The position numbers and the translations under genes are program-made. From an uncultured delta proteobacterium (GTDB taxonomy: Bacteria; Myxococcota; Kuafuiibacteriia; Kuafuiibacteriales; Kuafuiibacteriaceae): 64,000 nucleotides of DNA. The notes below the pieces were generated by a model. The model made no database searches, had not been told where the DNA came from, and worked only from the letters and a program-made list of their open reading frames with translations. This document shows positions 1-10,144 of this stretch, one piece after another (within the stretch, counting starts at the first letter, position 1; each line of letters begins with the position of its first letter). The stretch is from the NCBI GenBank assembly GCA_963803435.1, contig CAWDML010000001.1, positions 2,048,001 to 2,112,000 of the forward strand. The letters run 5' to 3'.

Positions 1-66
1 CGCGCCGGATACACGTACACGGAGAGCGGTTTCCTCACCAACCCGAGCAACACGACCACCCCGTGA
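1..66 (+). CDS. 3' end of an upstream CDS (partial)
   Basis: Frame 1 reads RAGYTYTESGFLTNPSNTTTP-stop with high GC3; truncated by the window edge. Confidence 0.55.
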   Translation, partial: RAGYTYTESGFLTNPSNTTTP

Positions 67-100
67 GTCGGCCGGCCGACCTTCTGTCGGTATACCGACA
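67..100. promoter_or_regulatory. Tandem palindromes GTCGG-N4-CCGAC (putative operator pair)
   Basis: GTCGGCCGGCCGAC at 67-80 and TGTCGGTATACCGACA at 85-100, 40 bp upstream of the SDR start. Confidence 0.45.
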
Positions 101-140
101 TTCATGACGACTTGCCAACAGCCCGACCTACGCTGGGGGC

Positions 141-863
141 ATGAAGAGCTTCAAAGAGACGTCAGCGTTGATCACCGGCGGGAGCCGCGGCTTGGGACGG
201 GCGCTCGGCGCAGCCTTGGCAGCGCGAGGAGCACGCGTGGTGCTGGTCGCACGCGGCCGCGTCGATCTCGATGAGGCGGTACGAGAGATCAAAGAGGCGG
301 GAGGTGAGGTCCACGGGCTGTTGGCCGACATCGGCGATCCGTCCGCGCCGCAGCGGGTCGTGCACGAGGCGGCCGCGCTGGTGGGCCCGATCGATCTCCT
401 CCTCAACAATGCCAGCACCCTGGGTCCGACCCCGCTCCGTCTCCTCTTCGACCTGGACCGGAGCGACTTCGAGCGCACGCTCGCCGTCAACCTGCTGGGA
501 CCCCTCCAGCTGGCTCGGGTCGCGGGCGGCTCGATGGCCGTCCGAGGCGGCGGCACCATCGTCAACATCAGCTCCGACGCGGCCGTGGAACCCTATCCCC
601 GGTGGGGCGCGTACGGCGCCTCGAAGGCCGCGCTCGATCAGCTGAGCGCGATCCTGGCGGCCGAGCTTCGGGACGCCCGCGTTCGAGTGCTCGCGATCGA
701 TCCGGGCGAGATGGACACGGACATGCACCGCGACGCGATCCCGGACGCCGATCCGAGCGACCTCGCCGATCCGCGCGGGGTCGCCGAGAGGATCCTCGAG
801 ATCCTGGCGTCGCCCCTCGAGAGCGGCGCCCGCGTGGCCGCCCAGAGCTGGAGGTCCGCATGA
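141..863 (+). CDS. SDR family NAD(P)-dependent oxidoreductase
   Basis: TGGSRGLG, NNAS, YGASK motifs. Confidence 0.93.
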   Translation: MKSFKETSALITGGSRGLGRALGAALAARGARVVLVARGRVDLDEAVREIKEAGGEVHGLLADIGDPSAPQRVVHEAAALVGPIDLLLNNASTLGPTPLRLLFDLDRSDFERTLAVNLLGPLQLARVAGGSMAVRGGGTIVNISSDAAVEPYPRWGAYGASKAALDQLSAILAAELRDARVRVLAIDPGEMDTDMHRDAIPDADPSDLADPRGVAERILEILASPLESGARVAAQSWRSA

Positions 864-1873
864 GCCCCCGCCGGTCACCGCCCAAGAACCGCGAGGCGGT
901 CCGCCTGCTCTCGCTCGATCGGGCGCGCGGCACGCTGATCGACGCGCGGGCCGACGAGCTCCCCGCGCTGTTGTCCCCCGGCGACCTGCTGGTGGTGAAC
1001 GACGCGGCCACTCTCCCCGCCTCGCTCTTCGGCACCACGGAGAGCGGTGATGCGATCGAGGTCCGTCTCTGCGGCCAGCACGGCGCGCGCTTCCGAGCGG
1101 TCCTGTTCGGCGACGGCGACTGGCGGACGCGCACCGAGGACCGGCCTCCGCCGCCTCCGGTCGAAGCCGGCGAGCGCATCGAGCTGGGGGACCTCTCCGC
1201 GTTCGTGCACGAGGTCAGCGCCATCTCGCCGCGGATGGTGGAGCTCGAGTTCGATTGCTCGGGCGCCGTGCTCTGGGAGGCGCTCTATTCGGTGGGCCAC
1301 CCGGTGCAGTACGCGCACCTCGAGGACGACCTCGAGCTCTCCGCCGTCCAGACGTCGTACTCCGGTCGTCCCTTCGCGTTCGAGATGCCGAGCGCAGGCC
1401 GGCCGCTCAGCTTCGACATCCTGTCCCAGCTGCGCGCGCGCGGCGTCCGCATCGCGACCCTGCTCCACGCGGCCGGATTGAGCGCCACCGGCAATCCGAA
1501 GCTCGACGCGGCCCTCCCGCTCCCCGAGGCCTACGAGCTCCCCGCCGAGACGATCCGAGGGATCGAGGAGGCGCACGCGAACGGGCATCGAGTCATCGCA
1601 GTGGGGACGACGGTGGTGCGTGCGCTCGAGGGCTGCGCAAAGACGCACGGCCGCCTGGTGGCGGGCGAGGGTGTGACGGATCTGGTGATCGACGCCGGGT
1701 TCCATCCGACCGTCGTGGACGGCCTCATCAGCGGGCTCCACGAGCCGAGCGAGAGCCACTACCGGCTGCTCCGCGCGTTCGCCGACGACGCGGTCCTGCG
1801 CAAGGCGCTCGCCCACGCCGAGCGGGTCGGCTACCACGACCATGAGCTCGGCGATCTGATGCTGATGCGCTAA
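860..1873 (+). CDS. QueA-family protein (SAM:tRNA ribosyltransferase-isomerase-like)
   Basis: LSPGDLLVVND, EMPSAGRP, RVIAVGTTVVRALE, GLHEP, GDLML motifs; ATGA overlap with the SDR stop. Confidence 0.88.
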   Translation: MSPRRSPPKNREAVRLLSLDRARGTLIDARADELPALLSPGDLLVVNDAATLPASLFGTTESGDAIEVRLCGQHGARFRAVLFGDGDWRTRTEDRPPPPPVEAGERIELGDLSAFVHEVSAISPRMVELEFDCSGAVLWEALYSVGHPVQYAHLEDDLELSAVQTSYSGRPFAFEMPSAGRPLSFDILSQLRARGVRIATLLHAAGLSATGNPKLDAALPLPEAYELPAETIRGIEEAHANGHRVIAVGTTVVRALEGCAKTHGRLVAGEGVTDLVIDAGFHPTVVDGLISGLHEPSESHYRLLRAFADDAVLRKALAHAERVGYHDHELGDLMLMR

Positions 1874-1928
1874 CCTCGAGGAGGCGGCGAAACCGGTGAG
1901 GCGCTCGACAAAATGGCCGACTCTCGAT

Positions 1929-2153
1929 GCTTCGGGCGACCCGGGTGGGCTCGCAGTTTTCAGGTGCTAGCCGACAGCAAGATCAGGCCGCAAGCCGAGC
2001 CTCCGTCACCACCTTCTCGATCTCCGCCTCGCACGCTTTCCGGGCGCGTCGGAGCGGACCGCGCATCGTCCGACAGCTGACACTGTGTCCGATGAGGCCT
2101 ACTGACCAGCACCGGCGAGATGACCGGACAGCCGCGGTGCTCGTGGAGAAACC
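1929..2153. repeat. Dispersed two-block repeat, copy A (second copy at 42463-42625)
   Basis: 1929-1979 matches 42463-42512; 2103-2153 matches 42575-42625 with 4 mismatches in 51 bp. Confidence 0.8.
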
Positions 2154-2237
2154 GCTGCGAGCTGTCGACGCGGGGCTGCGCCAGCACGGAATTCGAGTGA
2201 ACTCGAGCGTTTCAGGCGCAGCCTCGCGAACCTGAGC

Positions 2238-2657
2238 TCAGAGATCGCTCGTCTGGATCTTGAGGATCTTGTGAATGGCGCGAAGGATGTCGCGGCGGCT
2301 GATCACGCCCACGAGCTTGCCGTTCTCCACCACCGGGAAGCGCCGGTAGATCTTCTTCATGAACACGCCGGCCGCGTAGTAGAGGTCCATGTCCGGGGGA
2401 AGGATCGCCGGATCCGCAGCCATGAACTCCGAGACGGTGCCCTCCGGCGGCGCGTGGTTCACGCCCTTCGCCAGGAGCGGCAGGCAGTCCTTCTCGGAGA
2501 GCATCCCCACCACTCGATTCTCGCCGTCCACCACGGGAGCCCCCGAGATCGCGTGCTTCACCAGGAGGTCGACGGCATCGACGATCGGCGTCTCCGGTCG
2601 CAACGTCCGTACCTTCTTGGTCATGTAATCGCGCACGAGCGGGAGCTTGTTCATCAC
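2238..2657 (-). CDS. CBS-domain protein
   Basis: VRDYMT, ISGAPVVD, VGMLSEKD, RRFPVVENGKLVGVISRRDIL (Bateman pair). Confidence 0.92.
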   Translation of the reverse strand: MMNKLPLVRDYMTKKVRTLRPETPIVDAVDLLVKHAISGAPVVDGENRVVGMLSEKDCLPLLAKGVNHAPPEGTVSEFMAADPAILPPDMDLYYAAGVFMKKIYRRFPVVENGKLVGVISRRDILRAIHKILKIQTSDL

Positions 2658-2679
2658 TCCCTTTGTAGCGCACTCGGCG

Positions 2680-3330
2680 TCATCTCCCCAAGAGCAGCGC
2701 CCGCAGCCATCGCCACGCCGAAGCCGGCGAAGGCCACAGCGCGAAGAGCGCGTAACGAGCGCGCCGGAGCGGGCGTCCGACGTTGCGGCTCGCCAGCCCT
2801 TCCAGCATCTGTCTGGCCTGAACGGCCTCTCCCTGCTTCCGAAGGACGTGCGCCAGGTCGAAGGTCGCCTCGAAGTGCCAGGGCTCGATCCCTCGAACGC
2901 GCTCCAGGAGTCGGAGCCGCTCCGTCCGGAACCGCTTGCCCTTGAAGTTCTTGCGCGCGTCGAGCAGCACCTTGATCGCGTCGGCGTGACGCGCCTTGAC
3001 CAGCTGCACGTCTGCGACCCGCTCCCAGAGATCGAGATCGGTGGGAAGATAGTGGACGGCTGTCAGGTAGACCGCGAGCGCTTTGTCCTGAAAGCCGCGA
3101 TCGTCGTAGGCCTCGGCGGCGATCAGGAAGCTCGCCCGCGCCTCGGTCGGCTTCCTGTACTCCGCCAGCGCCATCGCGAGCTTGTGATGGACCATCGGAT
3201 CCGGACCATCGTTCTCGAGGATCTTCTTGTACTCGGCGATCGCCTTCTTCTGCTTGCCCTTCTTCTGGGCTTCCGAGGCGACCGTCAGCGAATCGCGACG
3301 GCTGTAAGGCTTTCGCCCGAACAGGCTCAT
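2680..3330 (-). CDS. Tetratricopeptide-repeat protein
   Basis: Helical TPR-like repeats; ATG at 3330 after a GGAGGG RBS. Confidence 0.75.
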   Translation of the reverse strand: MSLFGRKPYSRRDSLTVASEAQKKGKQKKAIAEYKKILENDGPDPMVHHKLAMALAEYRKPTEARASFLIAAEAYDDRGFQDKALAVYLTAVHYLPTDLDLWERVADVQLVKARHADAIKVLLDARKNFKGKRFRTERLRLLERVRGIEPWHFEATFDLAHVLRKQGEAVQARQMLEGLASRNVGRPLRRARYALFALWPSPASAWRWLRALLLGR

Positions 3331-3449
3331 TCCCTCCAAAAGGTACCGTGGCCCAGTTGGCGTCCGCCAGGGGGCTTCCGTATTCTCTGATCTCTTTGGC
3401 ACGCGCCAGGCGCCAACATCCCCCTCCCGCGTCGACCAGCGAAGCACGC

Positions 3450-5340
3450 ATGGCGCGGCGGCTGCTCTGGCTCATCCCCACCTCGATGATCGGGCTGTTC
3501 CTCCTCTTGCGGTTGGTGGTCACCTCGGAGGTCGTGAGTCGCGAGCTCGCCACCGAGGCGGCAGGCGAGCTTGCGAATCGCACGCGCTCCTCCGTGCAGC
3601 TTTCGGGGCTGACGTTCAGCTGGTCGTTCGCGCCCTGTTTCGAGCACGTCGAGATCTACCGCTACACCGGCCCCTACAAGATCAAGGTGGCCACCGAGGA
3701 AGCATGCGTGGAGCGGTGGTCCTCCGCGGTGGGGTCCGGGTTCCATGCTGTGCGCATCAAGCTGCTCCGCCCCTCCATCGAGCTCTCCGGGAATCCGGCA
3801 GGCGAAGCCGAGCCTGCGTTCGTCGACGTCAAGCCGACCGCCTCGGAGATCGGCGAGAAGGTGAAAGGGACGCTCCGCGAGGTTCAGATCGTGTTCGACG
3901 ATCTGAGGCTCGACTGGGACTCGATGCCGTTTCCCTCCCGGTTCGCCAGCGGCACCTTCGGTCCGATCGACGGCCTGATCACGGTGCAGAAGCGCGGCAA
4001 CATGTCGGCGGCGTCGATCGCTCTTCGCGAGCCCGCCACCCGCTCATCCATCAACGGGCGCGTCACCCCGACGCCGACGGGCTGGAACCTCTCCGCTGGC
4101 GTGGAGGGCGACGTGGTCCCGATCTTCGACTCGCTCCTGGAGGCCGCCTCGCTCGATCTGCGGAAGCTCCCCTCGATGGGCCGGATCGGCGTCGACTACC
4201 GGTCGACCGAGCGCACCGCCACCATCAATCTCGACCTCGAGCAGCGGGACATCGACTTCGCGAACGACATCGTCTCCTCCAGCCGACTCCGCGGCTTCAA
4301 CGCCCACCAGAAGATGCGCGTCGACGTCGACCTCGACGCCGGACGCCTGGAGATCAGGGACGGCCTGGTGGAGATGAACCGAATCCCGTTGGTCTTCTCG
4401 GTGAGCGTGGTGCCGAACGAGAGCTCGCCCTCATTCTCGCTGGGCGTCGACCTGCGGACCACCTCGCTCCCCCGGCTGCTCCGCTCGGTGCCCGGCGCGG
4501 TCGAGCTCGAGATGACCGACAAGATGTCCCCGTCGATCAGCTTTGCCTTCGCCTTCTCGATGACCGGCGAGCTGAAGAACCCCGCCACCTGGACCCCCAA
4601 GCTGGAGCATCGCTTCCAGGGCCTGGGTGACGGCGCCGAGAGCGGGATCGAGTACCTGTCGAGTCAGTTCGAGTATCGCCCCCTCACCGAGGAGGGCCGG
4701 GCGAGCGAGCCGCGCAAGGTCGGCCGCGGGTTGCCCGGCTGGGTCGAGTACAAGGACGTCCCGTACCTCCAGCGTCGCTGCATCCTGGTCTCCGAGGACT
4801 CGACCTTCTTCTTCCACAACGGCGTCGAGCTGGAGGAGATGCGGGCCGCGATCGAGGCGGCGCTCGAGAACGGAGAGAAGGCCCGCGGCGGCTCGACGCT
4901 GACGCAGCAGCTCGTCAAGAACCTATTCCTCTCCCGGGATCGCACGGCGCTCCGCAAGCTGCAGGAGCTTCTGCTCACCTTCTATCTCGAGTCGAACCTG
5001 AAGAAGGAATACCTCTTCGAGCTCTACGTGAACCTCATCGAGTGGGGCCCCGACATCTACGGCCTCCACGACGCCTCGATGCACTACTTCGGCCGGCCAC
5101 CGAAGAAGCTGACACCGAAGGAGATGGCGTACCTCGCCGCGATCATCCCCGGGCCGCTGCTCTATCACCGGCAGTACGAGCGGGGCCACATCTCCGCGAA
5201 GATGGCAGGACGCGTGAACGGGCTGCTCGAGCGCCTCAACCGCCTCGGTCAGCTCCCTGACGATCAGCTGGCCGAGGCGAAGGAGCGAGAAGATCAGGTT
5301 CTTCAAGCCGAAGAACGGCGCGCACAAGTCCGGCGGCTAG
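3450..5340 (+). CDS. Transglycosylase (GT51/MtgA-like) domain protein with a large N-terminal region; frameshift near 5286
   Basis: SEDSTFFFHNG, RGGSTLTQQLVKNLF, RKLQE, YVNLIEWGPDIYG motifs. The shifted frame ends KIRFFKPKNGAHKSGG-TAG at 5340, overlapping the stop of the convergent gene (CTAG). Confidence 0.85.
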
Positions 5341-6428
5341 TCGAAACCTCGGGCGCCTTCGCTCACGGCCGCCTCGACGGAGAGATCGAGCTGGCGGAAC
5401 AAGCCGTCGTTGCGATCGTGCTCGAAGCCCTCGAGGTTCTCCGCGTAGCGAGGCGCGCGCCTCAGGAACGCCCGGACGCCCTCGGCGGTGATCTCGCGCG
5501 TGCGCTCGCCGTAGCCGAGCTTCGCGAGGTAATTCGCGTTGAGGATCTGCTCGAACTGTCCTACCAGCGGGATCGAGAGCATCGGCTTGCCCAGGTACAC
5601 GGCCTCGCCCATCAGCGTGAAGCCACCGCCCGCGATCACGGCGCGGGACGACGCCAGATCGTCGATGAACGTGGTCTCCGAGAAGGGACAGAAGGTCAGG
5701 TTGCCCTCGACCACCGGCGCCGTCAGATCACGTCGCAGGCCGTAGATCCGGAACGGGCAGTCGATCTGGGCCAGCTCGTCGACCAGCGAGGCGTGGCTGG
5801 TGCCGGATTGATAGACAACCACGTGATCGCCGGCTCGGGCGCCGGCCTTGGCGTCGAGGATGACGTCACGAAGGATCGGGGGATGGAGCGTGGTCCGCGG
5901 CCGATCCACGGCAGGATAGAAGAAGGTGGTCACCAGGTAGTGATTACAGCGTGGGAGCTTGGCGCGCACGATCGACTTGGCGAGCAGGTAGCTCTTCGAG
6001 CTGTCGCCGATGACGTCGTCGTCGTGATGGCATCGGGAGATGATCTGCATGTTGTCGACGGACACGATCGGGACGCGCTGTCCCTTGGCGAACCAGTAGG
6101 TCCACGACTCGAAGTCGGAGATCACCACGTGCGGCGAGAACTCGCGGGCGGTCTCGGCATAGGCGCGAAAGTTGTCCGGGACGTCGAAGATCGACTTCAG
6201 GTTCTCCAGCGCGGTCTTCATCTTCTGGACCACGTTGTCCTCGTAGACCATCGTCAGGCCGGTAATCTCGGTGACCCGTCCCGGATGGCGCTCGGCGAGA
6301 TACTTGGCGGCGCGGCCCGACACCACGATCCGGACGTCGTGCCCCGCACCCGCCAGATGGTCGAGCACCACCGCGGAGCGCATCGCGTGCCCCATACCTT
6401 CACCGACGACGCCGTAGAGGATCCTCAT
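5337..6428 (-). CDS. MJ1255/VC2487-family glycosyltransferase
   Basis: MRILYGVVGEGMGHAMRS, VISDFE, GGGFTLMGEAVYLGKP, GQFEQILNA. Confidence 0.9.
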   Translation of the reverse strand: MRILYGVVGEGMGHAMRSAVVLDHLAGAGHDVRIVVSGRAAKYLAERHPGRVTEITGLTMVYEDNVVQKMKTALENLKSIFDVPDNFRAYAETAREFSPHVVISDFESWTYWFAKGQRVPIVSVDNMQIISRCHHDDDVIGDSSKSYLLAKSIVRAKLPRCNHYLVTTFFYPAVDRPRTTLHPPILRDVILDAKAGARAGDHVVVYQSGTSHASLVDELAQIDCPFRIYGLRRDLTAPVVEGNLTFCPFSETTFIDDLASSRAVIAGGGFTLMGEAVYLGKPMLSIPLVGQFEQILNANYLAKLGYGERTREITAEGVRAFLRRAPRYAENLEGFEHDRNDGLFRQLDLSVEAAVSEGARGFD

Positions 6429-6471
6429 CGGTCGGATACGCTACACCAGCTTGGAACCGGCCCGGTAGGCC

Positions 6472-9400
6472 TCAGAGCGCGTCGCCGTTGCTGAAGACCA
6501 GGACCACGCCCGGCACCCCGGTACAGGCGATCGCGACGTCTCCGCGCCCGTCACCGTCGAAGTCGGCGCTGACGAAGTCGACCGCGGCATCTCCGACGGC
6601 GATCGAGAGCGGCGGGAAGAATCCGCCGTTCGGCTTGCCGATCAGCGCCGAGGCCAGGCTGTTGTTGTTGAGCACCAGCACATCGTTGAGACCGTCCCCG
6701 TTGAAGTCGCCCGCCACCAGCCGCGAGGGAGAGGTCCCCGCCGCAAACGTGGCCGGTTGTGAGAAGCCGCCGCCCGGGAGGCCGAGCATCAACACGAGGC
6801 CGGGCGTGCCGACCGCCACGATGTCCGCGTCCTGATCGTTGCCCACGTACCCGACGGCGAGATCCGCGATCCCCGGCAGCGCCGTGTAGGTGGTCGCGTT
6901 CCAGCCGAGCCCGTTCCAGGTCGTGACCGTGATGTCGTTCGACGTGCCGTTCGCCACCGCGTAGAAGCGATCGACGGCGGTCACCGCGCGGGCACCGATG
7001 CCCTCGCTCCACTGGCGCAGGCGGACCTGCCCCCCGCCGGCGAAGTCCCAGACCTCGGAGCCATCGAACGCGCCCTGGACCGAGTCGAACGTGAAGACCG
7101 CTTCGCCGATGCCGTCGCCGTCGACGTCCGCGATGGCCACGTCCAGCGGCCGGGGGATGTCCATCGTCTGGAGCGCGAAGCCGCTGCCGTCGTTCACCAG
7201 CACCGCGGCAGTACCGTCGTGGGTCATCAAGTCCGCGGCGCCGGTGTTCGAGCCGACCGCGATGTCGAGCGGACCGAGGCCGTCGAGATCGCCGATGGCC
7301 ACCGAGGTGGGCGTGTTGATCGCAGTGCCGACGACCAGGGTCGCGCGCCGGGTAAAGCTCCCGCCGGCGTTCTGCCAGATCGAGACCCGCGCCGAGATCG
7401 TCCCCGTCTTGGCGAAGGCCAGCACCAGATCGTCCTGGCCGTCCGAGGCGTAGACGTCGCCGGTGGCGAGCGCGCGCGGCGCCGCCGAGGGCGTGAGGAC
7501 CGGCGCGGCCAGGAGGTCGCCGAGCCCGAGGTTCTTCGACCAAACCAGCGCTTGATCCGTGCTCCCGACCGCGAGGTAGTCGAGGTCGCCGTCGCCGTCG
7601 AGATCGAACAGCACCGGCTCGATCGGGTGGCGCCCGGTCACGAATCGACGCTGGGGCTCCAGCGGCAGCACCCCGCCGCCGAGGTTGTAGAGGAGGTCGA
7701 CGCCGTTGGCCTGGTAGCTGCTCACCACCACGTCCAGCGCGCCGTCCATGTCGAGATCCGCGAGCCGCACCTCCCGAGCCTGGGGCGCGAGCAGCGTGAG
7801 CTGGACGTTGAGGAACGTGCCGGGAGTGGCGGGATCGCCGCGCATCACCACCACCCCGCCAGACGCGGGGTTCAGGCCGGTGACCGTGGGGATGGCCGCG
7901 ACCACGTCTGGGAAGCCGTCGCCGGTGACGTCCCCGAGCGCGACGTACTGGGCCGGGCCGGGCGCGAAGCTGTCCTGTCCGGCGCCAAAGATCCCGTTGC
8001 CGGAGTTGCGGTAGGTCGTGATCACGTTGGACGTGCCGCCCCGCCCGATGACGACGTCGAGATCGCCGTCGCCATCGGCATCGGCGAGGAGGAGGTCCGT
8101 GACGCTGCCGACCAGTCCGTAGGCATTGAGGAAGGTGAACGCACCGTTGGCCTCGTTGCGGATCACCAGTGCATCGACCCCGTTGGGGCCGCTCAAGACC
8201 ACGTCGGCGTCCCCGTCGCCGTCGAGGTCCCCTGCCTGGAGGAAGTTGTACGTGTTGAACTGCGCGAAGGTCGCCGTCACGTCGGGAGCGCTGTCGAAGA
8301 CACCGCCGTCGTTGAGGTACATGCGGACCTTGTTGGCGTCGACGGTGAACAGATCCAAATCGCCGTCGCCGTCCGTGTCGATCAGCGCGAGCCGGGTGGC
8401 ACCGTTCACGGTGTCGAGCACGCGCGCGGCCTCAGGGCTCCAGCTGCCGCCGGCGCCGATCGTCCCGGTGAGGACTTGAAGCTTGTTGCCGCCCGCCACC
8501 ACATCGGGAACACCGTCGCCGTCCACGTCGCCGACCGCGATGCCGTCGGAGGTGAAGCCGTTCGCCAGGAGCCGCGAGGGCGCGACCCGGAACGTCGGCG
8601 GTCGTACGATGATGACGGTCGAGGCGACCTCCCCGATCCGTCCATCGACGTCGTAGGCGACCGCTCTGATCACGGCCGTCGCGCGGGGGTAGAACAGGAA
8701 GTCGAACGAGGCGCGATACTCGTTGTTGGTGAAGGTGGCCGCCAGCGGCTCGCCGTCGAGCGTCATCTCGACCCGCGAGATCGCCTTCCCAATCGGTGAG
8801 GTCGCCGTGGCGCGGATGGCGGTGACCCCGAAGACTCCGTCACCGTCCGCCGGCGTGACCACCACGCGAGGCACCCGGTCGGAGTTGTCGACGATGAGCG
8901 ACAGGCTGGCGGAGCCGACGTTGCCGACGGGCATGTCGTCGACGATTGTCGCGTCGAAGGCCCGCGCCGGGATCACCAGCGGCCCGCCGGGCAACAGCTC
9001 GGTGTCGACGGACAGCTCCAGCGGGCTGGTGCCGACCATCCCCAGCGCCTCGACCGAGCGGATGCCGGCCGCATCGACCGCAGTGACGGTGATGCTGGCC
9101 GTGCGCGAGACCACCGAGCCCGCCGCCGGCCGGGTGAACACGACGAGCGGCGGGGTATTGTCGATGGCGATCACGACCGACGTGGAGGCGCTGTTGCCGC
9201 GAATGTCGACGGCGCTGATGGTGACGGTCGCCGTGCCGTCGGTGATCGACGAGGTGTCGACCCAGGTCCGATAGGGCGCGCTCGTCGCCGTGTGCACCAG
9301 GTTGCCGCTCAGCGAAAACTCGACCTCGGCCACGCCGGACTGATCCTGGACGCCCGCCTCGATCCGGAGCCGCCCGCCGTAGCTCTTTCCGGCGAGCGGG

Positions 9401-10089
9401 CTGAGCGGGGTGACCGTGGGCGGAGTCCGGTTGTCGAGCAGCACGTCGCGGCTCGCCCGCCCGACCTTGCCCGCGACGTCGAGCAGCTCGACCGAGATCG
9501 TGGCCGGGCCGTCGACCAACCCCTGCGCGAGGCTGTCGACCACGAAGGTCGCCGTCTGGCTGGAGATGGGCGGGGTGAAGTCGCGCGACGCGACCGGCAC
9601 GCTGTCGACGAAGACCTGCGCGCTCACCACGCCGACGTCATCGAACAGCTCGGCGACCACGTCGAAGGTGCCGAAGAGGATCGCGCCCTCGTCCGGAGCG
9701 ACGATGGAGACGCTGGGCGCCTTCTTGTCGCCGCAATCGAGCTCGTCGACCTGCCCGTCGCAGTCGTTGTCCTTGCCGTCGCCGCAGATCTCGGGCTTCT
9801 TGGACGAAACCTCCGGATCGTGATCGTCGCAGTCGGCCCCGCCGCCCTGGGGCGAATCCTCGCCGTCCCGATCGAGGTCGTGGTCGGGCGTCCTCGGGTC
9901 GCAGTCGTTGTCGAGACCGTCGTAGGGAACCTCGGTCGCGTCGCAAGGCGCGCAGGTCCCCGCCATCCCGAAGGACGCCTCGCACCGCATCCCGGTGCCG
10001 CAGTTTCGATCGTCGAAGCACTTCTCTCCTTTCCCACCGCAACCGGTAAAGAGGAGGAGGAGCGCGGCGAAAAGGAGCGGACGGGGCAT
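6472..10089 (-). CDS. Large lipoprotein with acidic Cys-rich repeats, Ig-like domains and FG-GAP/VCBS repeats
   Basis: Lipobox FTGC; DGLDNDCD/DGKDNDCDG motifs; DNxxPxV Ig repeats; many GDxDGDGxxD repeats. Confidence 0.88.
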   Translation of the reverse strand: MPRPLLFAALLLLFTGCGGKGEKCFDDRNCGTGMRCEASFGMAGTCAPCDATEVPYDGLDNDCDPRTPDHDLDRDGEDSPQGGGADCDDHDPEVSSKKPEICGDGKDNDCDGQVDELDCGDKKAPSVSIVAPDEGAILFGTFDVVAELFDDVGVVSAQVFVDSVPVASRDFTPPISSQTATFVVDSLAQGLVDGPATISVELLDVAGKVGRASRDVLLDNRTPPTVTPLSPLAGKSYGGRLRIEAGVQDQSGVAEVEFSLSGNLVHTATSAPYRTWVDTSSITDGTATVTISAVDIRGNSASTSVVIAIDNTPPLVVFTRPAAGSVVSRTASITVTAVDAAGIRSVEALGMVGTSPLELSVDTELLPGGPLVIPARAFDATIVDDMPVGNVGSASLSLIVDNSDRVPRVVVTPADGDGVFGVTAIRATATSPIGKAISRVEMTLDGEPLAATFTNNEYRASFDFLFYPRATAVIRAVAYDVDGRIGEVASTVIIVRPPTFRVAPSRLLANGFTSDGIAVGDVDGDGVPDVVAGGNKLQVLTGTIGAGGSWSPEAARVLDTVNGATRLALIDTDGDGDLDLFTVDANKVRMYLNDGGVFDSAPDVTATFAQFNTYNFLQAGDLDGDGDADVVLSGPNGVDALVIRNEANGAFTFLNAYGLVGSVTDLLLADADGDGDLDVVIGRGGTSNVITTYRNSGNGIFGAGQDSFAPGPAQYVALGDVTGDGFPDVVAAIPTVTGLNPASGGVVVMRGDPATPGTFLNVQLTLLAPQAREVRLADLDMDGALDVVVSSYQANGVDLLYNLGGGVLPLEPQRRFVTGRHPIEPVLFDLDGDGDLDYLAVGSTDQALVWSKNLGLGDLLAAPVLTPSAAPRALATGDVYASDGQDDLVLAFAKTGTISARVSIWQNAGGSFTRRATLVVGTAINTPTSVAIGDLDGLGPLDIAVGSNTGAADLMTHDGTAAVLVNDGSGFALQTMDIPRPLDVAIADVDGDGIGEAVFTFDSVQGAFDGSEVWDFAGGGQVRLRQWSEGIGARAVTAVDRFYAVANGTSNDITVTTWNGLGWNATTYTALPGIADLAVGYVGNDQDADIVAVGTPGLVLMLGLPGGGFSQPATFAAGTSPSRLVAGDFNGDGLNDVLVLNNNSLASALIGKPNGGFFPPLSIAVGDAAVDFVSADFDGDGRGDVAIACTGVPGVVLVFSNGDAL

Positions 10090-10144
10090 CGGGGCGAATG
10101 GTCGGTTTCACCCCGATCGCCGTCAAGGCGACGCCCTGAGTGTG

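Noticed and set aside
3348-6494. 1048-aa ORF suggesting a giant transglycosylase fusion
   Set aside because: Beyond about 5286 it is the antisense shadow of the glycosyltransferase; a 1-nt shift gives a natural stop at 5340
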